NCBI GenBank assembly: GCA_016840855.1
Contig: JAEORO010000068.1
Coordinates: forward strand, 1 to 19,861
Source of the DNA: Candidatus Thorarchaeota archaeon
GTDB taxonomy: Archaea; Asgardarchaeota; Thorarchaeia; Thorarchaeales; Thorarchaeaceae
Direction of reading: 5' to 3'
DNA: 19,861 nucleotides
In this document: piece by piece, positions 1-8,791 of the stretch
How the letters are laid out: every line of letters begins with the position of its first letter
Position numbering within the stretch: the stretch's first letter is position 1
The notes under the pieces: generated by a model
Seen by the model: the letters and a program-made list of their open reading frames with translations, nothing else
Told to the model about the DNA's origin: nothing
Databases searched by the model: none
Translations under genes and position numbers: made by a program

Positions 1-128
1 AGATTCAGAATCTGGTGTAACATACAGGAAGCAATGTATCATCACCTTTTATTAGTGATGCAATAATTGCGCCAGAAGCCCTCTTTTTATTGCCAATTTC
101 AATTGAAGTACTAGGAAACTGGTGAGCA

Positions 129-1607
129 ATGATTAGAACAAAAAAACGGACTGGTATTCTGCTTTGCATATTGCTCATAGTGTTAGTTTCAACATTGAAT
201 ACAAATGTAGCATCTTCAGCTTTTGAACAATACTGGCTTGAAGCGTCGCCTCGTTCAGTGACAACAATCAGTTCCACAATAAATTATACAGATTACCAAG
301 GTCAAGCGTGTAGTTCAGTTATTGTAACAGGAAATGCCACGAAAGATGGTCGTGCAATTCTAATGAAGAACAGGGACTGGATTGAAGAACTAATGAACAC
401 ACCTGTCTATGTTCCTGCAACTACCAATACCTATGCATATGTTGGAGTTAATACAAATACGATGGGGATTAATGAGAAAGGCTTAGCTGTAATGAACACA
501 TATTTACCAGCACTAGCAGGGTCGGAGCCAATATATGGAAATCTTCTATTAAACCAGAAAATCTTAGAGTTGTTCGAGTCAGTATCAGACGTGGCTTACG
601 CATTAAATAATAGTTACTCCATTATCGGTCCCGTATATCGAGCAAATCTTGGTAATGTGGCTACCTGTATCGGTGTAATAGACAGGTTCGGAGCAGGTGC
701 TTTCTTTGAAGTTAGCAACACAAAAGCGTACGTACAATACATCGTAGATGGGTATGATGCTCGTGCGAATCACCCGCGTATTTTCCCAGGAGCCGCAAGC
801 GGACCTAGCGGCAGAGATCAATACCTCTTGGATGCCCTTGATGAAGTATACAGCAAGACTGGCTACATCTCACCAGAGCACGTGATGCAGAATATATCAC
901 GATATGTGCATCACAAAGAGCTCGGCTCTGCAAACTTTTCAATTGATGGAGAAGCATGTAATCCAAACACAGTAGCTACAATGGTTGCTGTGAGTGGGGA
1001 TGAACGATATAATGGTATATTGAACTGCATGTGGACTGCATGCGGACCAAACCCTATTGTTGGAGTATTTGTTCCCTCAATGGTGTGCGCTGAATCCATA
1101 CCTGAGAGTATTGAAAATCTTTGGCGGCACACCTTAGACAAGTATCGTTCTGCTAGAGCACTATCCTCTGACTCAAGTGAATTGTTGTTCTATCCTAAAC
1201 GTGTAAGAGAAGTGCAGCGATTTTCATTCTTTACTGAAGTTTTTACTGTCAACGCGTATGAGCAGCTGATGTCCTCTGTGCCTGAAGGGCTCTCATATGT
1301 TCAAATTAAAGATACAGTCGGCGCCTTCATTGAAGATATGGATGATTTTACAATGGATACCTTCATTCAGGAAAGGATTGATGTTCAAACTCCGGATCAA
1401 ATATATTTTCCACTTCCACTTACATCAACCACAACTAATCCACCAACGTCAACAACTCCAAACAGCATTACTGATAATCAAACAAGCACAACTTCTCGAC
1501 TTTTTGACTCACCAACTGATAGCTATATTCTGTCATTGACGGTAGGGGTTGTTTCAGGTTTCATTCTAGTAATGCTAATTGTAATTATCAGACGTAGAAT
1601 CACCTAG
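129..1607 (+). CDS. Secreted, membrane-anchored Ntn-hydrolase (peptidase C45/C69-like, acyltransferase family)
   Basis: N-terminal signal peptide; nucleophile motif A-CSSVIVTGNATKDGRAILMKNRDW; GINEKGLAVMN motif; Thr/Ser/Pro-rich linker; C-terminal TM helix followed by RRR. Confidence 0.8.
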   Translation: MIRTKKRTGILLCILLIVLVSTLNTNVASSAFEQYWLEASPRSVTTISSTINYTDYQGQACSSVIVTGNATKDGRAILMKNRDWIEELMNTPVYVPATTNTYAYVGVNTNTMGINEKGLAVMNTYLPALAGSEPIYGNLLLNQKILELFESVSDVAYALNNSYSIIGPVYRANLGNVATCIGVIDRFGAGAFFEVSNTKAYVQYIVDGYDARANHPRIFPGAASGPSGRDQYLLDALDEVYSKTGYISPEHVMQNISRYVHHKELGSANFSIDGEACNPNTVATMVAVSGDERYNGILNCMWTACGPNPIVGVFVPSMVCAESIPESIENLWRHTLDKYRSARALSSDSSELLFYPKRVREVQRFSFFTEVFTVNAYEQLMSSVPEGLSYVQIKDTVGAFIEDMDDFTMDTFIQERIDVQTPDQIYFPLPLTSTTTNPPTSTTPNSITDNQTSTTSRLFDSPTDSYILSLTVGVVSGFILVMLIVIIRRRIT

Positions 1608-1645
1608 ATTGATTAAATTCTGCAATCTGTTCCCGACTAGTCCAC

Positions 1646-2086
1646 CTAGCTGGATTCAACATCGACTAGATTATCTAAAACTCTATGGAGATATTGCTCA
1701 AACTGGTCTATTTCTTCAGACACAAATCCCTTGTAGAATAGATTCGTCATTTCTACTGAAACTTCAATGTAGACTCTCTCAAGACTTCTAGAGGCTTCAG
1801 TCAACTGAATCAAGGTTTTCCTTTTGTCCTCCTCTGACTGAACACGTTTGATATATCCTGCAGCTTCAAGATTATCAAGCAACTCGCTCAAGGTTGATTT
1901 TCGAAGAAGTGTTCGTTTGGCAAGTAGATTGATCGGCACTCCATCCTTTTGCCATAGAGCAAATAGAACTCGACCTTGTCCAGGACCTATCTCGATATCC
2001 CGTTTTTTCAATATCTCTGCGAATACTCTTCTACCCAGATGATGAATCTGGGTGATTAGAAATCCTCCTTGGCTCTGAGACATCAC
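1646..2086 (-). CDS. MarR-family transcriptional regulator
   Basis: QGRVLFALW...LAKRTLLRKSTLSELLDNLEAAGYIKRVQSEEDKR is a MarR wHTH with the DxR wing; overlaps the upstream gene by 4 nt (operon). Confidence 0.92.
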   Translation of the reverse strand: MMSQSQGGFLITQIHHLGRRVFAEILKKRDIEIGPGQGRVLFALWQKDGVPINLLAKRTLLRKSTLSELLDNLEAAGYIKRVQSEEDKRKTLIQLTEASRSLERVYIEVSVEMTNLFYKGFVSEEIDQFEQYLHRVLDNLVDVESS

Positions 2087-2571
2087 TTTACATCACCCAA
2101 ATCCAACTTAAAGGTCATACTTCCTGTCCAACCTTTTGCAACCAATGGTGTGAATCTGAGAACTGTGTGATCAGGATCATCGTACCCAGTTGGGTAGTAT
2201 CTCTCCCATCCATCATGCCAGATTTCTTTCTTCAAGTCTAAATCTTCAACAATCTCAAATTCTCCGCCAAACATCACTCCCTGAGTAACTTCGGGCTTGC
2301 AGTAGTAGACGGAGGCTGCAGGTTTTGCTTGAATTTCTGCAACTTTCGTGGAAGAGGTATTAGTGGAAAACAGCATCATAAAGTCATCATGATGCTTGGT
2401 AAAAAGTGAAATTAACTTCGGATATCGCTCCTTGTTTCGAAGATTGAACATCGCTCTTGTCTGTGGAAATCCCTTTTCATCAACTGTTGATACATATGCT
2501 GGCCATCCGGTATCTAACAATTTCAGACACATCTCTCTGATCTCTTGTTCGTTCAATGTTGAGAACCCCAT
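2083..2571 (-). CDS. Pyridoxamine 5'-phosphate oxidase-like FMN-binding protein (general stress protein 26-like)
   Basis: STVDEKGFPQTRAM, FSTNTSSTKVAEI, IWHDGWERYYPTGYDDPD motifs. Confidence 0.85.
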   Translation of the reverse strand: MGFSTLNEQEIREMCLKLLDTGWPAYVSTVDEKGFPQTRAMFNLRNKERYPKLISLFTKHHDDFMMLFSTNTSSTKVAEIQAKPAASVYYCKPEVTQGVMFGGEFEIVEDLDLKKEIWHDGWERYYPTGYDDPDHTVLRFTPLVAKGWTGSMTFKLDLGDVK

Positions 2572-2609
2572 TAGTTCGGGACCTAATCAACTAGTTCGGT
2601 ACCTAACTA
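2572..2609. promoter_or_regulatory. Tandem palindromic operator, probable MarR binding sites
   Basis: TAGTTCGGGACCTAA (2572-2586) and TAGTTCGGTACCTAA (2592-2606) repeat with a 20-bp period; 2592-2609 is a 16/18 palindrome; abuts the start codon of the PNPOx-MarR operon. Confidence 0.7.
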
Positions 2610-2646
2610 ATTAACCTTTTGGTTCGAGCCATTAGAAATCTGCCGC

Positions 2647-2697
2647 CTTATATACAAAATCTGCTCCCGAATTTTTGACGCATCTTATATACAAAAT
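2647..2697 (+). promoter_or_regulatory. Duplicated TATA-box promoter element
   Basis: Exact 14-bp direct repeat CTTATATACAAAAT at 2647-2660 and 2684-2697; the second copy is positioned for a leaderless start at ATG 2714. Confidence 0.6.
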
Positions 2698-2713
2698 GAG
2701 CGAGATTTTATCC

Positions 2714-3052
2714 ATGACCGAATATAATTATGAAAAAACAAGAAAACTGGCAAGACAAGTTCTCGCTGAACTAAACCTTCCTGAACAAACATGCAAAAGA
2801 TGTCTGGCTCTTCTTGATGATAACAGAGCAAAGAATTTTCTGAACGCCCGAACTGTAACCGGGATCATTGGCGGGTCTGTCTACATTGCCGCCATTCTAA
2901 CCGAGAACCGACTTCCTCAGCACTCGATCGCTCAGGTTATGGAAATCTCCGAAGCAACTATCCGTAAGTACTACGTGATGTTAGTCAGAGCGCTTGATTT
3001 GAAACAAAATAGTAAAAAAAGGGGAGAGGAGGTAGCGGCTTACCTCCTCTAG
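2714..3052 (+). CDS. Stand-alone TFIIB/TFB C-terminal cyclin-repeat protein
   Basis: GIIGGSVYIAAIL...QHSIAQVMEISEATIRKYYVML resembles the second cyclin repeat/HTH of TFB; no Zn ribbon; ORF is open from 2675, and ATG 2714 is preferred by TATA spacing. Confidence 0.75.
   Translation: MTEYNYEKTRKLARQVLAELNLPEQTCKRCLALLDDNRAKNFLNARTVTGIIGGSVYIAAILTENRLPQHSIAQVMEISEATIRKYYVMLVRALDLKQNSKKRGEEVAAYLL
3014..3050 (-). terminator. Hairpin plus T-tract terminator for the 3065-4012 gene
   Basis: Perfect 10-bp stem AGAGGAGGTA (3025-3034)/TACCTCCTCT (3041-3050), followed on the minus strand by CCCC-T7. Confidence 0.65.
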
Positions 3053-3064
3053 TTGGTGTACTAC

Positions 3065-4012
3065 TTACCTTCTCTTGACGACTAAAACTACCAAGATTAT
3101 GATGACTGCAGCAGCAGCCACAATCCCGATAGTCATCGGATCAAGAACAAAGCCTGGTTCGGAGGGCAGAACTCCTAGTATGGGGTCATACTCAAGAGTC
3201 TCATTACCAAAGTTCTCAAAAGCAAGATAGATGGCATTTCCAGAGTAGCTTCCTGAAGCCTCACCGTAGCTGGCTCTAACCTGTAAGGTATTGTTGGCTG
3301 CAAGAGCTGTCTCATTGTATTGGAAATAACCGTTTTCAAACTGGAACATTGTTCCTGTTTTGTGAAATCCTGAGGGGTCAGTATCACCGTGAGTCTGTCC
3401 ATGAGAACTCTGAGTCACTGTGTACATGAGAACGAGGAGTGAATCTTCATAAGTCCAAGTCCAACCATCAACTCTAATATCAAATTTGAACTCACCTGGA
3501 TTCTCAAGGTACATGTGCACATTGACTTCAATCTCCACATCGAAGGATGGCAAACTAGGTAAGTGACCGTAGTCTACGCCTGTACCTTCTGGACGGGGAT
3601 CAAAGGTTGCATCTGTTGTGAAGTTGAAATGCACTTCAGTAGTGTTTCCATTATCTTCAACAGTTTCAAACCCACTGAAGTCCCAACCTGTTGTAGGAAG
3701 TACAAATGGAGCACCGATAATATCGTCTGTGCCATTCTCGAAGACACCGTCTGAGTTTGTATCGTTGGCTTCAAACATCCTTACAAACATGACATGATAG
3801 TCGACTGTTGGATTATTAGGATCCCACCAATGAAAGTGTGGTGCTTGATCATTTCCTGTGACTTTGATGGCAATGTCATCAGTTTCAAGTGATGCAATGC
3901 CAGCAGAATATTGGTATAGAATTCCCGTGCTCTGCGCGGCAACAAGCGGCACTCCTATCCCTATCAACATCAGGGCAAAGAGTGCAAGTGATGTTTTCTT
4001 GTAGATGTTCAC
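3065..4012 (-). CDS. Secreted beta-rich cell-surface protein with C-terminal TM anchor
   Basis: Signal peptide, acidic aromatic-rich beta-type body, several NxT/S sequons, YDP motif before the TM helix, KRR tail. Confidence 0.75.
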   Translation of the reverse strand: MNIYKKTSLALFALMLIGIGVPLVAAQSTGILYQYSAGIASLETDDIAIKVTGNDQAPHFHWWDPNNPTVDYHVMFVRMFEANDTNSDGVFENGTDDIIGAPFVLPTTGWDFSGFETVEDNGNTTEVHFNFTTDATFDPRPEGTGVDYGHLPSLPSFDVEIEVNVHMYLENPGEFKFDIRVDGWTWTYEDSLLVLMYTVTQSSHGQTHGDTDPSGFHKTGTMFQFENGYFQYNETALAANNTLQVRASYGEASGSYSGNAIYLAFENFGNETLEYDPILGVLPSEPGFVLDPMTIGIVAAAAVIIILVVLVVKRR

Positions 4013-4155
4013 TAAATCACCAAGATAATGCTTGCAGAACTATTATTAAAGGAGTGTTGAACAGTAAACCGATTATGACTTACTAAGAAGGGTTTTGCCA
4101 TCTAATTATCATGTTTAAAGGTTTATGAAAACTTAATATCCTTTGAAAGACTCAA

Positions 4156-6159
4156 TCAAGTTTTAAGCAATTCCTTTGCCTTTTCGAGTACATTCTCTAC
4201 AGTGAACCCATATGCCTCAAAAATCACCTTTGATGGTGCAGATTTTCCAAATTTTTCAACTGAGATTACGCTCCCATTATCTCCAATCCATTTACTCCAA
4301 CCCTGTGCAACTCCCGCTTCTATAGCGAGACGATTTTTCACACTGGGCTGAAGTACTGAATCACGATACTCTTGACTCTGGCTTTCAAACAACTCCCAGC
4401 TTGGGAAAGAAACAAGCCGTACATTGACTCCTTCAGCATGAAGTTTCTCTCCAGCTTCCACCATCAGTGGAACCTCAGATCCTGTAGCCATGAGAATGAT
4501 ATCTGGATTCTCTCCCAGATCTCCGAGAACATATGCACCTCTGTTCAAGCCAGCTGCTGGAGCATATCTACTTCGGTCTAGAATGGAAATATTTTGCCGA
4601 GTTAAGGCCAAGAGAGTTGGTCCTTGACTTCTCTCAATAGCAATCCTCCACGCCTCAACCACTTCATTTGCATCTCCTGGACGAATCACAACGAGTCCTG
4701 GAATCGCTCTCAATGATGCCAGGTGTTCTACTGGCTGATGAGTAGGTCCATCCTCTCCAACCCCAATACTGTCATGTGTAAAGACCCAGATGCTTCTATG
4801 TTTGGATAGTGCAGAAAGACGAATTGCTGGGCGCATATAATCAGAGAACATGAGAAATGTCCCACTAAACGGAATAATCCCACCATGTGCTGCCAATCCA
4901 TTTACTACAGCACCCATAGTATGCTCACGCACACCATAGTGAATATTACGTCCGTGCGGTGAATCTGCTTGGAATGAAGGGTTATCATTTATCCATGTCT
5001 TGTTCGATGGAGTCAAATCTGCTGAACCCCCAATCATCTCTGGCAGCTTTTGGGCTAGTGCATTAATGACTTTACCAGATGCACTTCTTGTTGCTATAGG
5101 ACCATCCTTAACTTCAAATTTTGGTAGGTTCTTATCCCACCCATCAACGAGCTGTCTTCTCATTCTTCTCTCCAATTCAGCAGCTAGTTTCGGGTATGCT
5201 TTACTATAATTCTCAAAATGTTTTATCCACTCACTTTCGTATTCTATACCGTTTTCGCCAATCTTACGATAATATTGTAAGACATCATCTGGCACATAGA
5301 ACATTGGTTCTAAGGGCCAACCAAGCTTCTTTTTCGCACCTGCAAGTTCTTCCTCGCCTGCAGGTTCCCCATGCGCTTTTTCTGTGTCCTGTTTATTTGG
5401 TAATCCAAACCCAATGTGCGTCTTGCAGAGTATCAATGAAGGACGCATGTCACTCTTGGCTCTCTGAATCGCTCTGTCAACTTCATCAACATCATTCCCA
5501 TCTTTTACATGTTGAATATGCCATCCAAGAGCTTCGAATCGTGCACCTCTATCTTCAGTAAAAGTCAAGTCTGTACTTCCATCAATTGAGATTCGATTGT
5601 CATCATAGAGAAGTATCAGTTTTCCCAAGCGAAGATGCCCTGCAAGAGATGCTGCTTCAGAAGAAAGCCCTTCCATCAAATCTCCATCAGTCACAATAGC
5701 ATAGGTATTGTGATCTATTATTTTGTGGTCTGGTTTATTGAAAACTGCTGCTAAGTGAGCTTCAGCAATTGCCATTCCCACTGAATTTGCTAGTCCTTGC
5801 CCAAGCGGTCCAGTAGTCACTTCAACTCCTGGTGTACAGAAATTCTCAGGATGTCCTGGAGTTTTGCATCCCAACTGCCTGAAGTCCATAATGTCTTCTA
5901 TACTGATATCGTAGCCAGTCAAGTAAAGTAATGAATAGAGCAGCATTGAACCATGTCCACCAGAAAGGATGAACCTATCACGGTCCCACCAGTCTGGGTT
6001 TTGAGGGTTAAAGCGAAGATGGCGAGTCCAAAGCGAATAAGTCATTGCAGCAGCGCCCATAGGCAATCCTGGATGTCCAGAATTTGCCCTTTGAACAGCG
6101 TCAGCCGACAAAAAACGGATTGTATTGATTGAGCGATCCTGAAGGGTTGATATAGGCAT
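4156..6159 (-). CDS. tkt: Transketolase (single-chain, bacterial type)
   Basis: [41 protein letters not shown] (ThDP motif), GEDGPTHQP; 667 aa. Confidence 0.98.
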   Translation of the reverse strand: MPISTLQDRSINTIRFLSADAVQRANSGHPGLPMGAAAMTYSLWTRHLRFNPQNPDWWDRDRFILSGGHGSMLLYSLLYLTGYDISIEDIMDFRQLGCKTPGHPENFCTPGVEVTTGPLGQGLANSVGMAIAEAHLAAVFNKPDHKIIDHNTYAIVTDGDLMEGLSSEAASLAGHLRLGKLILLYDDNRISIDGSTDLTFTEDRGARFEALGWHIQHVKDGNDVDEVDRAIQRAKSDMRPSLILCKTHIGFGLPNKQDTEKAHGEPAGEEELAGAKKKLGWPLEPMFYVPDDVLQYYRKIGENGIEYESEWIKHFENYSKAYPKLAAELERRMRRQLVDGWDKNLPKFEVKDGPIATRSASGKVINALAQKLPEMIGGSADLTPSNKTWINDNPSFQADSPHGRNIHYGVREHTMGAVVNGLAAHGGIIPFSGTFLMFSDYMRPAIRLSALSKHRSIWVFTHDSIGVGEDGPTHQPVEHLASLRAIPGLVVIRPGDANEVVEAWRIAIERSQGPTLLALTRQNISILDRSRYAPAAGLNRGAYVLGDLGENPDIILMATGSEVPLMVEAGEKLHAEGVNVRLVSFPSWELFESQSQEYRDSVLQPSVKNRLAIEAGVAQGWSKWIGDNGSVISVEKFGKSAPSKVIFEAYGFTVENVLEKAKELLKT

Positions 6160-6249
6160 TGGGGTGTCTCCTTACAAAATCTTGGAGATGATTAGGCCGC
6201 TTGACGTCTCCCCCTCTTTTTGATTGTTTTGTTTCAGATATTCAATAGC

Positions 6250-6819
6250 TCAAGATCTGCCAACTTCAGTGCCAGGAGGATATTCCATAAGAAATTCTTC
6301 CTTCAATATGTCCATAATAATGAAGTCTTGAAATACTCCTTTGACGAATGCTCCTTTCCTGTACACTCCTGCGCGTTTGAACCCAGCTTTCTCATATGCC
6401 TTCTGCGCACGTTCATTACTCCCAAGAGTATGGAGAAAGATACTGTTAAGACCAAGAATGTGAAAAGCTACCCAGAGCATTACCCGAGTTGCGTCTGTGC
6501 CATAGCCTTTTCCAAGGTTCTCAGGATTATGAATAGCAATACCAAACTCAGCCCGCTTGTGTTGTTTGGAGATGTCGAATATACTAACAGTACCTAGAAA
6601 CTTCCCTGTTTTCTTGTTCTCAATGGCAAGTATCATCTTACCATCTCTCCAAGGGTCTAAGGTAGTGGACTTTTCTAGCCACTGTCGTTCAGCCTGTCTT
6701 GACATGGGCGTCTGACTGTTCAGATATTGACGAATCTCTAAATTATTCCAGTGCCTCATGATATCATCAAGGTCTTCAACTTCAAGCGCCCTAAGGCAGA
6801 CCATCTCGCCATAATACAT
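6250..6819 (-). CDS. GNAT N-acetyltransferase (RimJ/RimL-like)
   Basis: RAEFGIAI...GKGYGTDA acetyl-CoA motif A; NERAQKAYEKAGF motif B. Confidence 0.9.
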   Translation of the reverse strand: MYYGEMVCLRALEVEDLDDIMRHWNNLEIRQYLNSQTPMSRQAERQWLEKSTTLDPWRDGKMILAIENKKTGKFLGTVSIFDISKQHKRAEFGIAIHNPENLGKGYGTDATRVMLWVAFHILGLNSIFLHTLGSNERAQKAYEKAGFKRAGVYRKGAFVKGVFQDFIIMDILKEEFLMEYPPGTEVGRS

Positions 6820-6909
6820 AAACTACGATTAACGGAACTCGAAAATAAATATGTCCCCGAAACAGCCCTGTTCGATAAACTCTTTACTTATTTTCCTGTG
6901 AGCTAGAAA

Positions 6910-7527
6910 ATGGAGACCTCGATAGTGAGCCCTCGAAAAGTATACTTTGAACATCCACTTATCAAAGTTGATTTTCAGAAGGTTCGCTTTCCAAAAACTT
7001 GTCCAGTCTGCGGTGCTCCAGCCACCAGAGTTTTACGTATGAAGATAACAAAAACTGGTAAACAATATCTAAGGCGATCATGGCAATATGCTTACAGTCC
7101 ATATATGAGATTCAAACAAAGACCAGACATTTCTGATGTAAAAGTCCTGACTATCCAAGTCTGTGATGACCATGCAAATCCGGATGATGGTACTGAAAGA
7201 TACCAAACTCTTTGCATTATTGTGGATGGTTTGCTTATAGCTTTCGTTATTTTCAGTCTACTAATTGTTGGAGATCGGCTCGCAAGAGCTCGTCCAATTG
7301 ACTTCTGGCCTGCACTATACATAGGTCTCTTTGGAGTAGCCATATTACTCACCGTAATGGCATTCAGACCAAATGCGATTGAAAAAGCTGTAACCATTAT
7401 CGGATTCGATCCTGGAATGCAAAATATCCTTCTTTCCTTCAAGCGCTCAGATTATCGAGAACAATTCATAGATGCAAATCAAATGACATCTGAGTTAGTC
7501 AGTTGGATTGTCCGGGCTGATGACTAG
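6910..7527 (+). CDS. Hypothetical membrane protein with putative Zn-binding motif
   Basis: FPKTCPVCG...VCDDH (CxxC/CxxH) followed by two TM helices. Confidence 0.7.
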   Translation: METSIVSPRKVYFEHPLIKVDFQKVRFPKTCPVCGAPATRVLRMKITKTGKQYLRRSWQYAYSPYMRFKQRPDISDVKVLTIQVCDDHANPDDGTERYQTLCIIVDGLLIAFVIFSLLIVGDRLARARPIDFWPALYIGLFGVAILLTVMAFRPNAIEKAVTIIGFDPGMQNILLSFKRSDYREQFIDANQMTSELVSWIVRADD

Positions 7528-7672
7528 GAATAATTTAATTACGAGAGAATCTGCTTGAATTTTACAATCTTGCCTCCATCATAGGCACATCATTTTGAGT
7601 GTGGAACCGATACTTTGAGGTTTCGTTGAGCGACTTGAAGAAATTCTCTGAGTTTGTCCTCAGTCACCCCTT

Positions 7673-7759
7673 CTATCTGTAGAGATATGAATGAATAAGA
7701 GCATCTGTTGAGATTCGTTTCCCATAGATCCTCTTGTTCTGTTTCTTTACAAATGCCAT
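7673..7759 (-). CDS. Micropeptide B, 28 aa (MAFVKKQNKRIYGKRISTDALIHSYLYR)
   Basis: Hand translation; ATG preceded by GGAGGT; paralogous to micropeptide A. Confidence 0.55.
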   Translation of the reverse strand: MAFVKKQNKRIYGKRISTDALIHSYLYR

Positions 7760-7766
7760 TTCGAGC

Positions 7767-7868
7767 TTACCTCCGATAGGTGTATACATGAGTCAGGGCA
7801 TCAGTGGAAACTGTTGCCTTGTTGTTCTTCAGCACAAATGTGTTCCGTGAGTTAGTTGTCAGAGCCAT
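7767..7868 (-). CDS. Micropeptide A, 33 aa (MALTTNSRNTFVLKNNKATVSTDALTHVYTYRR)
   Basis: Hand translation; TATATATA about 33 nt upstream; shares FVxKxNK and STDALxHxYxYR with micropeptide B. Confidence 0.55.
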   Translation of the reverse strand: MALTTNSRNTFVLKNNKATVSTDALTHVYTYRR

Positions 7869-7888
7869 GATGTTTCACAAGAATTAAC

Positions 7889-7908
7889 ACTCAAATTGAG
7901 TATATATA
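7889..7908 (-). promoter_or_regulatory. TATA box with adjacent palindrome upstream of the micropeptides
   Basis: TATATATA at 7901-7908; ACTCAA-A-TTGAGT inverted repeat at 7889-7901. Confidence 0.5.
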
Positions 7909-7978
7909 ACGAAGCCACCTCTTAGGGACACAGAATGAAGTCACAAGATGTGACCACTATGATGAGGGATGAATACGC

Positions 7979-8215
7979 GTGAATGAGCAGATGAAAGAAG
8001 TATCAGTCATAGGGATTGTTTCACAAATATTGGACCAATATGTCATTACAACTGACAATGGAACAGAATACAAATTATCAGCAATCATGCCTTGGGAGGC
8101 TGTTCCAGCTGATTTTGGGTTCGGGGATTTTACTATTCACCTAGGGAAGAGAATGACTGCAACTGGAATTACTGATGGAAACACAATTTGGAGAGCTAAG
8201 CTCTCTGAAAGCTAA
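7979..8215 (+). CDS. Small hypothetical protein, possible OB-fold-like beta barrel
   Basis: VIGIV...YVITTDNGTEYKL...LGKRMTATG pattern; plausible size and placement; GAGGG upstream of the start. Confidence 0.6.
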   Translation: MNEQMKEVSVIGIVSQILDQYVITTDNGTEYKLSAIMPWEAVPADFGFGDFTIHLGKRMTATGITDGNTIWRAKLSES

Positions 8216-8312
8216 GATAATATCAACTTACCCAAAATACTGTGTTTTGAAAAGAAATGGTTGATGGACACTACATATGTAGGTCCCTTTCAACCTGCAT
8301 CTTCTGAGTGTC

Positions 8313-8693
8313 TTAGAGTGAGAGCTCAGCTTCGCTCTTCCATAGACCATGAATGTTGCAGTTTGCTGTAGCCATCAAGGTGCCTGATTTGTCAGTTTTG
8401 AAGACAAACTTGGCAACGGGTTCGCTGTAGATTCCACTCGTATCAGCACCCTTAGCAGACTCACCATGGTGATCAAATGTCGCATAACCGATTTCGACCG
8501 GAAACTTCTCTCCTTCAGGCCAAAAGAAAAGGTCTATCCACTTAATGTGGTGAGCTGTTGTGTTTGGATGTGCAATCTCCTTGCCAACCGTTACTTTGAC
8601 GAACGCTTTTCCATCCTCAACCTTCATGATTTCAATAACAGGTACATGTTTCTCAGTTTTCCAATCATCACTCTGTATCCATTTCTTGGACAT
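8313..8693 (-). CDS. sor: Superoxide reductase (neelaredoxin/desulfoferrodoxin Fe-binding domain)
   Basis: EKHVP, HPNTTAHHIKWI and CNIHGLW supply the His4-Cys iron ligands. Confidence 0.92.
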   Translation of the reverse strand: MSKKWIQSDDWKTEKHVPVIEIMKVEDGKAFVKVTVGKEIAHPNTTAHHIKWIDLFFWPEGEKFPVEIGYATFDHHGESAKGADTSGIYSEPVAKFVFKTDKSGTLMATANCNIHGLWKSEAELSL

Positions 8694-8791
8694 TGTTCCC
8701 TACCTCTATTTAGAAACTGTGTCGTCTGATATTCAGATGACTCACTCTAAGCTCATATGTGAAGTCAGTTAAAATACTTCTCTTATGCCTG

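Noticed and set aside
1420-1500. ACA/ACT-rich low-complexity stretch
   Set aside because: Encodes the Thr/Ser/Pro linker of the secreted peptidase
2572-2697. CRISPR-like repeats
   Set aside because: Only two copies of each repeat, too short, no cas genes; better explained as operator and promoter elements
5121-6597. Plus-strand ORFs 5121-5561 and 6220-6597 and similar shadow ORFs elsewhere (e.g. 7092-7442, 13892-14197)
   Set aside because: Antisense shadows of well-supported genes
7940-7954. GTCACA-AGA-TGTGAC inverted repeat
   Set aside because: Possible operator, but a single short occurrence with no assignable regulator
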